Source of the DNA: Azolla caroliniana
Lineage: Eukaryota > Plantae > Polypodiophyta
NCBI GenBank assembly: GCA_043228905.1
Contig: JBHGNT010000012.1
Span: 13,392,001 to 13,456,000 of the forward strand
Reading direction: 5' to 3'
Length of the DNA stretch: 64,000 nt
A program made the translations under genes and the position numbers. This document shows, piece by piece, positions 39,201 through 51,358 of the stretch (positions are counted from its first letter, which is position 1; the number at the start of each line of letters is the position of its first letter). The notes beneath the pieces are model-generated. The model saw only the letters and a list, made by a program, of their open reading frames with translations. It ran no database searches and was not told where the DNA came from.

Positions 39201-40305
39201 AGCTGGTCTAGTAGCTAATTAGCTATAATGGTGGCTAATTAGCTATCCTAACTAATTAGCTATCATGGTAGTAGCTATTGAGAGTAGCCAGTTACCTATG
39301 TAGTAGCTATCATAGTAGCTAATTAGCTATCATGGTAGCTAATTAGCTTTCCTAGTAGCTAATTAGCTGGTAATAACGAAATAGCTAACTAGCTACCATG
39401 ATAGCTAACTAGCTAGCAGTACAGCTAATTATCTGGTAGTACCTAAATTAGCTATTGAGGTAAATGTAACTGATAAGCTAATTAGCTTTTCTGCTAACTG
39501 AGCTAATTAACTTTCCAAGTAGAGTCAAAACAAATGTTGAGATAAATGTAAATACCTGAGGTACATCAAGAAGATGAATGGGATGCTCCTCGTATTGATT
39601 TCTTCCAACACGTTTCCTGCATAAATCCTTTTTATTGGGTGAAACCCTACTCTCATTAGTCCAAAACATTGTGATTACATCCTTGATTTCAAATGTTATG
39701 GGTGTCATTGGCTTACATCTTGTAGTTAGCTTTAGTAGACTAGTTCCTTCACCCGAGGAAATTATACGGTTCATTGTATTGTACACTGTTTTTCTACTAA
39801 CACCAATTACCTTAGATAGCTCACTGATGTTTATATCGTCAACATCACTATTAAGTAACATCATTAGACTAGACCTTTTTAAGACAAGATCATCTTCTGA
39901 CCTGCTCATGGATACGAAACTATTACGAAGATTATTTACTAAAATAGATGATATGTTTGCATTAAGACCATCACAATCAACTAAGTCCTTTATCGATGGA
40001 TCATTACATATTCCATAAAGTACTACCTTCTTTTCTTCATTGCTGATGTGCTTGGTTTGAACATTGAAATAGTCTACAACCTTTCTCTCTATGATGGTAG
40101 TCGCATTACTTACATTCTCAGCTAAACTATCCTTACCTTTACTGAGTGTGGCTTTCGTATCCTTCAACAATTGACGATGTTTCCTTTTTTTTTCTGCCCA
40201 ATAGTTTCGTATGGCTTGTTGTGTCCTGATAACATCATCCCTATCCTTATGGTCATTGAGGGGTAATTCTAAACACCCTTCTTCCCCTTCCATTTGGCTA
40301 GACAT
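36240..40305 (-). CDS. Sola2-type DDD transposase, ~863 aa (exons 40305-39556 and 38081-36240)
   Basis: CAG|GTATT donor and polypyrimidine-GCAG acceptor join in phase 0 (LLDVPQ|VDLFIRFKRMHP); motifs TCCCIYH, VDFAENY, QSMHW, WSDGAASQFK, FFGSGHGKGEHDGAG; no stops. Confidence 0.85.
38115..39490. repeat. Intronic AGCTAATTAGCT array (~20-bp units) in the transposase intron
   Basis: Alternating GTAGCTAATTAGCTATCATG / GTAGCTAATTAGCTGTCCTA units. Confidence 0.95.
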
Positions 40306-40639
40306 GTTAAAACCCTAAATTTCCAGAAAAAAAAACAAGTATTAAAGATGGCTATGGGCAACAACAATACACAAAAATATTCCACACAATACACAAGATT
40401 AGACACAACAATACACAAGATAATCAATAGACAGAAAAGTTATTGCAATCCAAGACCGAACAGTAGAGGATTTCACTCTGTTGGATCCAACAGTTGAGGA
40501 GGCGATCCAAGACCGACCAATGGCAACAACTGAGTGTAGAATGTTGTCGTTGGATGAGTGAACTCCGTCAAATCGAAATGTGGAAGCAATCCGGGACTGG
40601 ACAGTAGTGGCAACTGAGTATAGAATGATGGCAATGGAG

Positions 40640-41375
40640 GAGAGAACCCCGTCAGATTGAACAGTTACCGATGATGCTTGAAACGCACATAGAAGGCACT
40701 TGAGAATAGAGTGGCATAGAGAAGAGAACACCGTCAGATTGAACAGTTACCAATGATGCTTGAAACGCACAGTAGCGGCCCCTGAGTGAGAGTGGAAAAG
40801 AGAAGAGAACCCCGTCAGATTGAACAGTTACCAATGATGCTTGAAACGCACAGTAGCGGCCCCTGAGTGAGAGTGGAAAAGAGAAGAGAACCCCGTCAGA
40901 TTGAATAGCTCTTTGATTATGCTTGGAACGCACAGTAGCAACCCCTGAGTGTAGAGTGGCAAAGAGAAGAGAACCCCGTCAGATTGAACAGCTCTTTGAT
41001 GATGCTTGGAACGCACAGCAGCGGCCCTTGAGTGTAGAGTGGCACAGAGAAGAGAACCCCCTCAGATTGAACAGCTCTTTGATGATGCTTGGAACGCACA
41101 GTAATGGCCCCTGAGTGTAGAGTGGCACAGAGAAGAGAACCCCCTCAGATTGAACAGCTCTTTGATGATGCTTGGAACGCACAGTAGCAGCCCCTCAGTG
41201 TAGAGTGGCACAGAGAAGAGAACCCCGTCAGATTGAACAGCTCTTTGATGATGCTTGGAATGCACAGTAGTGGCCCCTGAGTGTAGAGTGTCACAGAGAA
41301 GAGAACCCCGTCAGATTGAGCAGCTCTTTGATGATGCTTGGAACGCACAGTAGCAGCCCCTCAGTGTAGAGTGGC
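40640..41375. repeat. 83-bp subterminal tandem array (~9 copies)
   Basis: Unit GAGAACCCCGTCAGATTGAACAGCTCTTTGATGATGCTTGGAACGCACAGTAGCAGCCCCTGAGTGTAGAGTGGCACAGAGAA; ORF starts recur every 83 nt. Confidence 0.93.
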
Positions 41376-41703
41376 GGCAGGTGGACTCGATAGGGTTTAG
41401 CAACAGTGGTAGCAACTAACCCACAGTACTCAACTAGAGATGGCCTACGTGATGTGGCAAAGGATCATGCATAATGGACCTAGGAATTCGATATATAATT
41501 TATGGTACACATTTATGGTGCACACATCAATTTATGTTGCACATTTATGGCACTCATTTACATATGTAATTAAAACACTCTAGTATTTTCAATGGTAGTT
41601 TTTTGCATACTTAATTTATTAATGATGGCTTTTTACTAAAATGACTATTTATCAATGGTAGCTTTTTGCATAGCTAATTAGCTATGTCAAGGACATAGCT
41701 AAT

Positions 41704-41728
41704 TGTTTCCACTCGCATGCTTTCACCC
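41704..41728 (-). repeat. Right terminal inverted repeat
   Basis: TGTTTCCACTCGCATGCTTTCACCC followed by AAAT. Confidence 0.92.
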
Positions 41729-42170
41729 AAATAAATGGCAAAATCGTGAATCCCACGAATAGTTTTATTAATCAATCCTTATCAAAAGAAAAATCAACCC
41801 CATGTACATCTTTCTCTCTTCCTTATATAGTGATGGAAGAGGCTAGGCATAGCATCATGCTTTTCCCTAAAGTGTTCCTGCACACTAGATGTGCATGAGT
41901 TGCCTTTCTCAACCATGCTTTCTATTTCCTAAATATAGTATTCATTCACACTAGATATGCATGAGTAACATTTCTTTTGTTTGCATGTTTCCTCTAGATA
42001 AAGTTTTCACCCACTTGCATGATTTTCCTTTCTGTAAAAGTAGGTGCAAATATAAGTCATATATCACTTATGATAAGTTATTACAATAGTAAAGCTTGGA
42101 TTTATTTACATGGAGGTACAGGGTTCGAATCTTGCCCCATGCATGTAACAATATTTTTAATATTCTCTCC

Positions 42171-42569
42171 TATTTACAAATATGTCTCTTCATCCGGTGA
42201 GAGACTCTCACCAGCTTTCTTCATCCGGCTCTTGTCGGGTCTGCTTCATCCGGTTCTCACCAGGTCTTCTTTATCCGATTCTTACCGAGTCCTCTTCATC
42301 CGTTTCTCACCGACTCTCACCGGCCTTCTTGATCCGGCTCTTGCCAGTCTACTTCTTCCGGTTCTCACTGGGTACTCTTCATCCGGTTCCTCCTTACCGG
42401 GTCCTCTTCGTCCGTTTCTCACCGACTCTCACCGGCCTTCTTCATCTGGCTCTTGATAGTCTGCTTCGTCCGGTTCTCACCAGGTACTCTTCATCCGGTT
42501 CCTCCTTGTCCCGACCGGAGGGATAAAAATGCATTTTTCATGTAGTGTGCGAAATCCACTACGACAACG
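42171..42569 (-). repeat. Truncated copia B-like LTR
   Basis: TATTTACAAATATGTC..TTCATCCGGTGAG and CATCCGGTTCTCACC repeats, as in the reverse complement of B LTRs. Confidence 0.75.
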
Positions 42570-45500
42570 TGTTTGACCTTTTAGAAGATCAGTAAACAAC
42601 GTCGTCAATTAGGAGTAATTACGAAGGGATTCTCGCAAAAACCCGACAAAACTAAGGAATGATTGAACTTCTCGAATATGCCGAGGAGTGGGCCAAAGCT
42701 TGATTTTCTGGATGCAAGAAGTATCAATTTCAACTCCTCATTCGGTTATTAGGTGTCCAAGATAAGTAATTGATTGCTTGAAGAACTCACATTTGGAGAT
42801 CTTCGCATAAAACTGTTTGTCATGCAATGTTTGTAAAATAAAGCGGACATGTTTAGGATGTTCTTGTAATGTACGGTTATAAACTAAAATATCATCCAAG
42901 AAAATAACGACAAATTTTCCAACTTGTTCTTGGAAAACATCATTCATTTCTTGTTGAAATGTAGCCGGAGCATTGGTCAAACCAAAAGGCATAACCAAAA
43001 ACTCATAATGGCCATAGCATGTACGAATTGCCGTTTTAGGAACATTGTCCTCACTTGTACGAATTTGATGGTAGTGAATACGGAGATCAATTTTCAGAAA
43101 ATACCGAGCTCCCTAGAGACGCTCAATTAGATCATCACCCCGGGGCAATGGATACGAGTTCTTGATCGTCACATTATTCAAGCGTCGGTAATTAATACAC
43201 ATACGCCATGTGCCCTCTTTCTTTTTAACCAAGAGAACTGGTGCACCCCATGGAGATTTACTATAACGTATATAACCCATTCGTAAATAGTACTTGAGTT
43301 GCTTAGATACCTCATCCTCTTTGGATCGACTTAAGCGATAAGGACGTATACTTATTGGTGCAACGCTAGGTACAATATCTATATGATGGTCTATATTGCG
43401 TTAACGAGGTAAGCCATCTGGTAGTTCACTCGGAAAAACATCACGAAAATCATTTAAGATTTCATCAAGTTGTTGTTGTTCAGAATCTGTTAATTGAACC
43501 GAGACATTATCGATATTGTAAACGTGAATGTCCGGATCAAGGACACAATAAAATAGAGTAGAACAAGACAACTCAGATATTAATGGAGGGGAAACAATCG
43601 AGAGGGATTGTTTTTTTACACATTGAATAAAATGAGTACAATCGTTCAGTACAAAGGAAATGGAATGATGAACCCAATCAATAAATAAAGAAGAGTTTCT
43701 ATTATAAAACGAGGGATAACCCAGTATTACATCAGTGGTACAAAGATTCATTACATGGAAGTCTACTTTCTCTATATAAGTATCCATAGAAATTCCTAAT
43801 GAATGAATCGCCCTGTTGATTTATTGAACTCTTCCATTAACCAAGTGCACCGTATAGGTGTGATCACTTACGGTGGGTTGGATTCCCCATATCTGAACCA
43901 AATGATCATTCACAAAGTTGTGTGAGCTTCCCGAATCAAATAAACATTGTACGGAAGATCCATTGATATACCCGTTTGCACGTAGTAAATTATTGGCACC
44001 TAATACATAGTGAGGGAAAGAACATTGACAATTACGTAAATGATGTGTATAGACCTGAAGGACTTCAGGAATCCGACCTTTATGGTCTACAACTTTAGCT
44101 TTGTTATCGTGCTGTCTCCATTGGAGCTTTCGACATTGCTCTTTTCTATGACCCTTCTTTTTGTAGAATACGCAAAAAGAATGTTGTCGCTTACAATCGC
44201 GATCCATGAATTCGTTGGGTGTCTTGCATTTCCGAGCGAATTGCGACTGCTTAGTCCCGGGCGCTTCGTTGGGTTTGTTATGGTTCTGGCATGGTGGACA
44301 TAGTCTTCTAGCAAGGAAAATTTCCTGCTAGAGAGGTTCATTAAAGCTTGAGCTGCCTCGGTTCGAGAGGGAGGTTGCAGAAATTGGCCCTTAAAAACTG
44401 TGACAAAATCAGTCCAGGTATCGGGCAATTTCCCCAACGTTCGGAGCCCACGCCACGAGGCGGCGGCCTTACCCCCTAGTTCTCGCCCGACATATGCAAT
44501 CTTCGTACTATCTGGTGTAGGATAGAGCTCAAAATGAGACTCCCATCGGCCCAGCCATGTGCAGATTGCTTTTTCAATTCTTTCCTTTTCTTCGCCCGTA
44601 AATGGCTTAATGACAAACGATGGTTCACCCTATCGTTCAACAGGTCTATTAGTCTCACGTTGTAAACTAATGACACATGCCTCGAGAGCAGTTTGAGATT
44701 GCCGAAGTTCGGTCATCTGTTGAGCAGTGAAACTAAGGTATTGGGTTATTTGCGAAAAATACATCTCAATGGACATTTGTCCAGGAGGATTTCCTTGAGT
44801 TCCTTCCGCTTGAGCGGATGACATCGAGTCGTTATTTTGAGCCGTTAAATGATTATATCTAGAAAAGAAATAGGATAAGGTCAGAGAGATTGTCATAACA
44901 TCATGTCGTGATGTAAACATATCATGGGCAAACATTAATCGATATCATGATCTCACGTCAATACCCGTCTAGACGTATGAGATGAGGTTCAAGATTAGGT
45001 TACTATGGTAACACAAAGGTGTTTTAAAAACCATGAGGGTGACAAATTAATGTCTTTCCCCGATCTCTATATCGATTTTTATGGCGGCTCGCTGAGGCTC
45101 AACCATGTATGTTCGCGTCATGAATAGTTTATACATGAAAAAAATGTTAACAATAAACTATGTTTTGGTGCCCACATATGTGGTTTCGGCTCTTTAAGTC
45201 CTATTACGAGGACCCAGAAGTGCACTTAGACCTCAAGTCTAAACATGCGTGATAGTCATATGTATCAACGATGTTGTATGGTCATGGTTATATTTGAACT
45301 CGAGACCTCGAGAACAAATGCATTAAACACTTGAGCCAACCAAGTAGGTTGCTCTTCATGAATGTTTAATATTTAATGGAGATATGTGAGGAATTTGCCC
45401 ATATATGTTTTTTTAAAGGAAACATATATGTCAAGAGTCCTTATTTCCCCCTCATTTACCACAAACTTTGTTGGTACGTTACCTAACCTCAAGTCTCGTA

Positions 45501-46334
45501 ATTACAATGGCATACGCCAAAGTGCAACCTAAGTGCAACCTAATGGTCATTACGAATGCCTTTTGTAAGAATGATCTCATGGTGGCATCATATCCATGTA
45601 ATGAGGGAGGGATGTTGGATATGTGTGTCATAGGAGCGACCTCACATGAATTGGGTTAAGCCCTACGTACTCAACACTATTGTGGCTATGATTGTTTCAT
45701 TACGTAACGAAATATCGAAGTGACCAACGGGGATGTCAACAAAAAATTGTTCAAAAAGGGATGGTGAAAATCCCATTCTCACAAAAATGTGAGCACGTCC
45801 ACCAAGATCCTTTTCCCAACAAGGACAATATTCGATAGAAATCACGTAATATCAAATATACACATATGTTTAGTTATCACATATATACGATCAAATACGT
45901 ATACACGTGACCACATATGCGTACATTAAACAAATCGTTACATCAAATAGCCAGAAATGATGTAATCGAGATACGTAATCGAGGCATATACCCTCTACTC
46001 ACACGAAACATCCAAAAATAAGGGTTCATCATGATACGCAATTGAGGTATTGACCTCTTACGCATACGAGACCAAACACATATCATTTAAAATGAAATCG
46101 AGGTATTGACCTCATATGCATACGTAACATATTTATGTGAGTGTAATACACAATTGAGGTATTAACCTCATGGGCATACGACATTAATCACATATTCAAT
46201 ATATGTCAAATGAGGTATTGACCTCATACACAAGTAAACGTTTTATACAACCAATTAATTACCACTACAACATCATTGAATTAATGAAAAAAATTACATA
46301 TAGACTATATACATGATTAGATGGGAGAAGAAAA
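42570..46334 (-). mobile_element. Chromovirus family A copy A2 (leader, gag, protease, RT; both ends truncated)
   Basis: Reverse complement of A1 1-3250 and of the A5 leader; MFAHDMFTS gag start at 44935; FLDD RT. Confidence 0.92.
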
Positions 46335-49300
46335 ATCCACGACATCTTTGGTGAACCCAACGTGAAAGGGCGATAGAGGAGTTTCAGAATGAGAGGAAGT
46401 GAGCTTGTAGAAGTGGTGGCGGCCATTGTGGATCGCCTCGTGAAGGCCCGAGAGAGCTCGTCAAGGTTTGACAGAGCTATTGAAATGATAGTCGGCACAA
46501 CGGGCTGATTCAATGGGAAGGATGTCACAAGCTACCTAGAGGCCTACAAGGCCAAAATGTTGATGTAGGATATTCTGGAGGACAAGTGAGTGTTTATTTC
46601 CCCGAGTAGTTATGCCGAGCATCCACGTAGAGGTGCTCGAGATTTAGGCCGACTGTCGTAACTGGTCAGAGTTCGAGGAGCAGCTCTTTGAAAGATACGG
46701 ACTAGATGACTCGCTCCGGTTGTAAAAATGGAGCTCATGGAGTGGATTGAGCTCTCAGAAAAGGGAATGAACACATCGTTGTTGCTTCAGGAGTTCAAGA
46801 AGTGAATCACGCGACTATTGGTATTAGACCGGGCAGTGCTCCACACAAGAAAAGTCCTTTTTATCAAATCAGTCGATCTGCTCGATCGGGAGAAGGTTGG
46901 CCTCCTCTTGGAGACGGATAAAGGGCTTGATCCTCTCCATTGTATATCCAATGTATAGTGAAGTTTTGTTCTTCGTGGTTTTTCTCCCGTTATAGGGTTG
47001 CCACGTTAAATCTATGTACATTGTTTTCTATGTTTCCGACTTGTGTATTTCAACGTATTCCTTCTTGTGGATTAAGGATTCTTTTCTCAACATACTGGGT
47101 ATTGCCAAAAGGCGTTCCATGACACAATCCTCTACCTGGTAAAGAGAAAGTGGCTTTCGACTGAGCCGGAAAGCGAGAAACCGGTCGAGGTGAAAGCGGC
47201 CCATATTGACAAGGTGGCGATGGAGAAAGAATTTACGGACAACCACTACATGTGACCACACTAGGCAACGGCTACGACAGATACCCAAGTTTAGATCGGG
47301 GATATGAAGGAACCAGTGGTGGCATTGATCGACCACGAATCGGAGATAAATCTGATGTCGCTGGACTTCTACAAGAAAGGGAAGTGGTCGATCAACACAA
47401 AACACGATTGGAAGATATGCGCATCCACCTGTGCTATGGAAGAACTCCATGGTGCATGTCTGAACATCAGAGTGAAGAACTTCTTAGTGCAGGAGTTGTC
47501 CTCCCACCTGGTCATATTAGGTGAACCCTACATCATGGAGGCTCGGATGGAGAGGAAGGTGTTGGATAACGGTTCAACATATGCTGGAGTGAAGAGCCAG
47601 GATGGTGGGCACTCCATCCAATTCCTGACAGTTAGGCCGAATCACGAGCATAATCGGAACTCTCTCGGTGGTTAAAGCTAAGAGGATTTTTAAAGAGGGA
47701 TATCAAGGCGTGGGGCCGTGATAGTCTGAACGACCGGCCGAAACCCTACACTGGTACTATAGGTAGGATTTTTTGGCTCTTCGACAACAGAGGTTGTACA
47801 CTAACATCGTGGGCCGGGAGAAATGACAGGTTGAGAAGCATTTGAAGGCATGCGGAACCTTGGGACCCAACAACACTATCAACGGTGCCTTGGAGGCGGT
47901 TTCATTCGATCACACCGTCAGGGAGATTGAGAGGGTATTCGTGGACGGCCTGAGTGAAGACCGGATGATACAGGTCAACACGATCGACATGTACGAGGCG
48001 ATAGCAGAGTTCAGACGGATGATCGGAGCGGGTTGGACCACCCATGTAGACACCAAGTACAAGATTGTGTACCAGAAGGTGAGGCCAGTCATGACACCCT
48101 TACTGGAGGACAATTGGGAATGGATGAAAGGGTTCATGACCTACCCGAGTTTACAAGACCCGTGTGGCATAGGACACCGGTTAACCGATGAGACGCTTCC
48201 TATTGCTCACGGAGGCTCAAGATCGGTGGGGGTGGCTTCCTATTGCCCACGGACGAGGACTTGTTTTGGAGGATGATTGAAAGTCATGGGAAGGTTTTCG
48301 CATTCTCGCTGGAGGAAATCGACTACGTTGAACCAATGGTGATATTCATAGTACCACATGTACCGTAGAACTTGAGGCCGATTCCGGTGCGGAGAGGTCA
48401 CATCCCGAAGTTGATGGAGCTGCTCAAGGAAAAGATCGAGATGGGGATCCTCGAACCATCGAGCACCCCATACTCGAATTGGTGGTTTACGATACCAAAG
48501 AAGAACGGCACTCTGCGCTTCATACAAGACCTGCAACTTGCAAACAAAGTGACAGATCGAAATGCAGGGGTCAGGCCGACCATCGATGAGTTTGCAAAGG
48601 CCTTCACCAGAAGGTGGATCTACTCGGTCAACGATCTATACTCAGAGTAGGACCAGTTCCAACTAGCCATCGAAAGCAGGGATATCATGACGATGCATAC
48701 CCCTCTCGGCTTAGTTCGGATATGTACCTTGCCACATGGAAGAACGAATTCAATGGCACACATGGTGAATGTGATGAATAAGGTGCCGAGGGGTTGCATC
48801 ATGGGCATCACCATGCCATTCTTGGAAGTCATCCCAATAAAGGGGTGTCTGGAGGATCAAAAGGATGAGTCGGTCGAAGAAAACGGGTGCCGAAAGTTCG
48901 TGGCGGACCACATCGCTAACTATCATGATATGGCAAGACTCGAACCCATTACCTTATGGTATATGGGTCGAGCTCTTACCATCACACCATCCATTGTAAT
49001 TCATAGGATATTATTTTCATTTATGTTTTATTATAAGAAAGTAATGTATATTCCAGATTACTCTGGAACATTCTAGAAGTTTCAGGATTACTCCTGACAA
49101 CACTATAAAAGAAGGCACTAGACATTATATTGAACCAAATTGGTTCAACACCAGTCGTAAGCCTCTTAGCCGCTTTGTACTTATCTTTTCACATAATATA
49201 TTAGTTGTTGTCATTATCTTTCTCTCTCTCTCTCTCTCCTCTTCTCACTTCCTCTCTCGGGAATCTCACGCAGTCCCGTCTTCTTAGTACTAATAGTACT

Positions 49301-51358
49301 TCTCTTATTAGTACTAATTCCATCTCTGTTTTAGTACTATTCCTGACACTAACTATGAGAAGATATTGCAGAGGCTCGAAGGAGAACGACTTACCTTCTC
49401 GAGAGATAAGTCAGTGTTCGAGTAGTTAGAGATTCTGGTAGTCGGACATTTGTGCATGTGGTACGGCCGGAAACCATCTCCAGCTAAGGTAGAGGCCATC
49501 TCAGCGATGAAGGAAGGATGTAGGTCGACCACGAACGTCTGACGATTCCTAGGTGCATGTGCCTTTTATCATCTTGGATTCCCTATTATGAGCATATTGC
49601 CAAGACACTTTACGGCTTGCTAAAGAAGGGGCGGGAGTTTGAATGGGGCAAGGAGCACTCGAAGACGATGCGGAGACTAAAGGGGATATCAACGGCGACA
49701 CCGGATCTCTAGAAGGCAATCTACAGGAAGGAGACCCTGATTTACGTGACGGTCGACACAAGTCCGATAGGAATCAGGTGGGTGATCAACCAAGAGGATG
49801 AAGGCGGTATGAAGTTCACCATCCAATTCGGAACGAAGGTACTAAGACAGCGAAAACGAGGATACACCCATGTCAAGAGGGAGATGTGGGGTATCGTTTC
49901 GGCGGTAAAGGCCGATAAAGAATACTTGATTGGGGCAGAGGTAATCATCGAGACAGACTGCTTCCCGATTCTCAAGATGGTATCTGGATGCACGACCCCG
50001 GACCTAGAGATGCTCAGGTGGACCGCGTACATCAAGTCTCCAAACCCGGAAATCAGACACATTTCCAAGAAAGACAACGCCATTTCCGATATGCTATCGA
50101 GACCACGGTATGAAAGGGAAGGTGACATGGTATCCGAGGATGAGGAATTCGGAGTCAACATCTTCGAGTCAGCTCGACTGTCGGCTCATGGAAGAAGCAC
50201 TCCGACCCTGCACACATTCAACGAGGATGACTATGAAGGGGAGGGGCTTCTCAATGGGAGGTTCTTAAGCACGATGGCAGTAGGCGCATCATTGAAGAAG
50301 GAAGAGGCCGGTCGAATCCGGAAGAAGGCGTACCCGTTCTTCCTACGAGACGGGGTAATTTGGCAACACCCGAAGAGGCGAAATGGTACAACACTCCAAG
50401 TGGTAACGAAGGAGGACCACTCGGTCCTATTGGCCAGGTTTTATGAAAGTCCTTGGTCTAGACATCGGGGGACATGGGCCACATTCTAGAAGCTCAAGGA
50501 GAGATATTGGTGGCTGGGGATGTACAATGATGTGCAGCACTTCGTGACGACGTGTTAAAAGCTACCAAGTACATTCCGGAGTCGGACACCGTGACGAGCT
50601 TCACCTGACTTACCCGCCAACCATTCACTTCAAGTGGATGGTCGACTTAGTGATTATGTTGATGGGGGTAAGCAAAATGAGATAGTTGGTGCTTGCAAGG
50701 GAGGACCCGACGAACCAGGTGGAAGGCCAAGCCTTAACGAACAAAACGACTACGACAGTATGCAAGTTCCTGATTGAGGATTTGGTATGCCGGTATGGGT
50801 GCTTCGGGAAGTCATGGAGCTATTCGACTGACTTGGGGTTAAGATCTCTCTTACAATGGCATACAATACAGAGGCGAATGGGAAGGTCAAACGAGGGCAT
50901 AGGCCGATCTTTAAGGCAATTGTGCGAGCATGCACCGGCGAGTTGGGAACTGGCCGAGACTCCTACCTTATGCCTTGTGGGCCGACCAAACTATGCAGAG
51001 TTCGGTAATAGGGTACATGCCGCCCAGTCTTATGTTTGGCCAAAAACCGATCATGTTAGTGGAACGAATGATCACTTCGTGGATGGCGGTCGACTGGACG
51101 TAAGAGATGAGTCGAGAGGACTTGCTGGCCGCGCAGATTTAGTAACTCAAAAGGCAACCGGAGGACATGGAACCAGAAAAGCCAAAGATAAAGGAGGCAA
51201 GGACGAAGAACAAGGAGCAGTTCGACCGAATGCACCGACTGCGACCAAGAAACATAGAAGAGGGTGATGTGGAAGTTCGCCAGGCGGTGGTTCAGGGCAT
51301 ACGTAGTGACAAGCGCCAACGACAATGCCATGTACCACCTAGCGGAGCTCGACGGGAC
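46335..51358 (+). mobile_element. Non-chromovirus gypsy C-family copy C2, degraded
   Basis: PBS-Trp TGGTGAACCCAACGTGAA 46349-46366; FNGKDV gag, ALIDHESEINLM protease, KREMWGIV RNase H, VLAREDPTNQVEG integrase, all paralleling C1. Confidence 0.85.
48921..49348 (+). mobile_element. Solo LTR of an unidentified family inside the C2 RT
   Basis: T(A)TCA...TGACA termini; TSD CTAAC 48916-48920 and 49349-49353; TATAAAA ~49104; host RT reading resumes after it. Confidence 0.8.

Larger units (their letters stand above)
30581..41728 (-). mobile_element. Large cargo-carrying DNA transposon, Sola2-like, inserted in the C1 5' LTR
   Basis: TIR GGGTAAAAGCATGCGAGTGGAAACA 30581-30605 versus reverse complement of 41704-41728 (24/25 identical); TSD AAAT 30577-30580 and 41729-41732; GRG...CYC termini; DDD transposase. 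Confidence 0.88.
10875..42150 (-). mobile_element. Non-chromovirus Ty3/gypsy retrotransposon C1 (possibly Phygy-like), host of four nested insertions; own segments 10875-11079, 12731-12988, 18635-23400, 30090-30580, 41733-42150
   Basis: Coding sequence rejoins across TSDs (KRWFGP..KIFDNGTY|RLCELD; IRQQNP|TWEAFEE); RT IPFLDDIP, RNase H KRELWG/ETDCLP, integrase DRGEL/NGKIERGH; tRNA-Trp PBS; 5' LTR begins TGTTACA at 42150. Confidence 0.85.

Noticed and set aside
40399-41348. Series of short ORFs (MRSKHHQRAVQSDG...)
   Set aside because: By-products of the 83-bp tandem repeat; no domain signature
40640-41375. 83-bp repeat array as a CRISPR array
   Set aside because: Units are contiguous and near-identical with no unique spacers, there are no cas genes, and the context is a eukaryotic transposon
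30581-41728. CACTA, hAT or Mutator classification
   Set aside because: GGG...CCC ends, a 4-bp TSD and the transposase motifs do not fit CACTA (3-bp TSD), hAT (8-bp) or MULE (9-11-bp TSD, long TIRs)
48921-48995. Functional tRNA gene
   Set aside because: A/B boxes are present but no convincing acceptor or anticodon stems; it lies within an LTR
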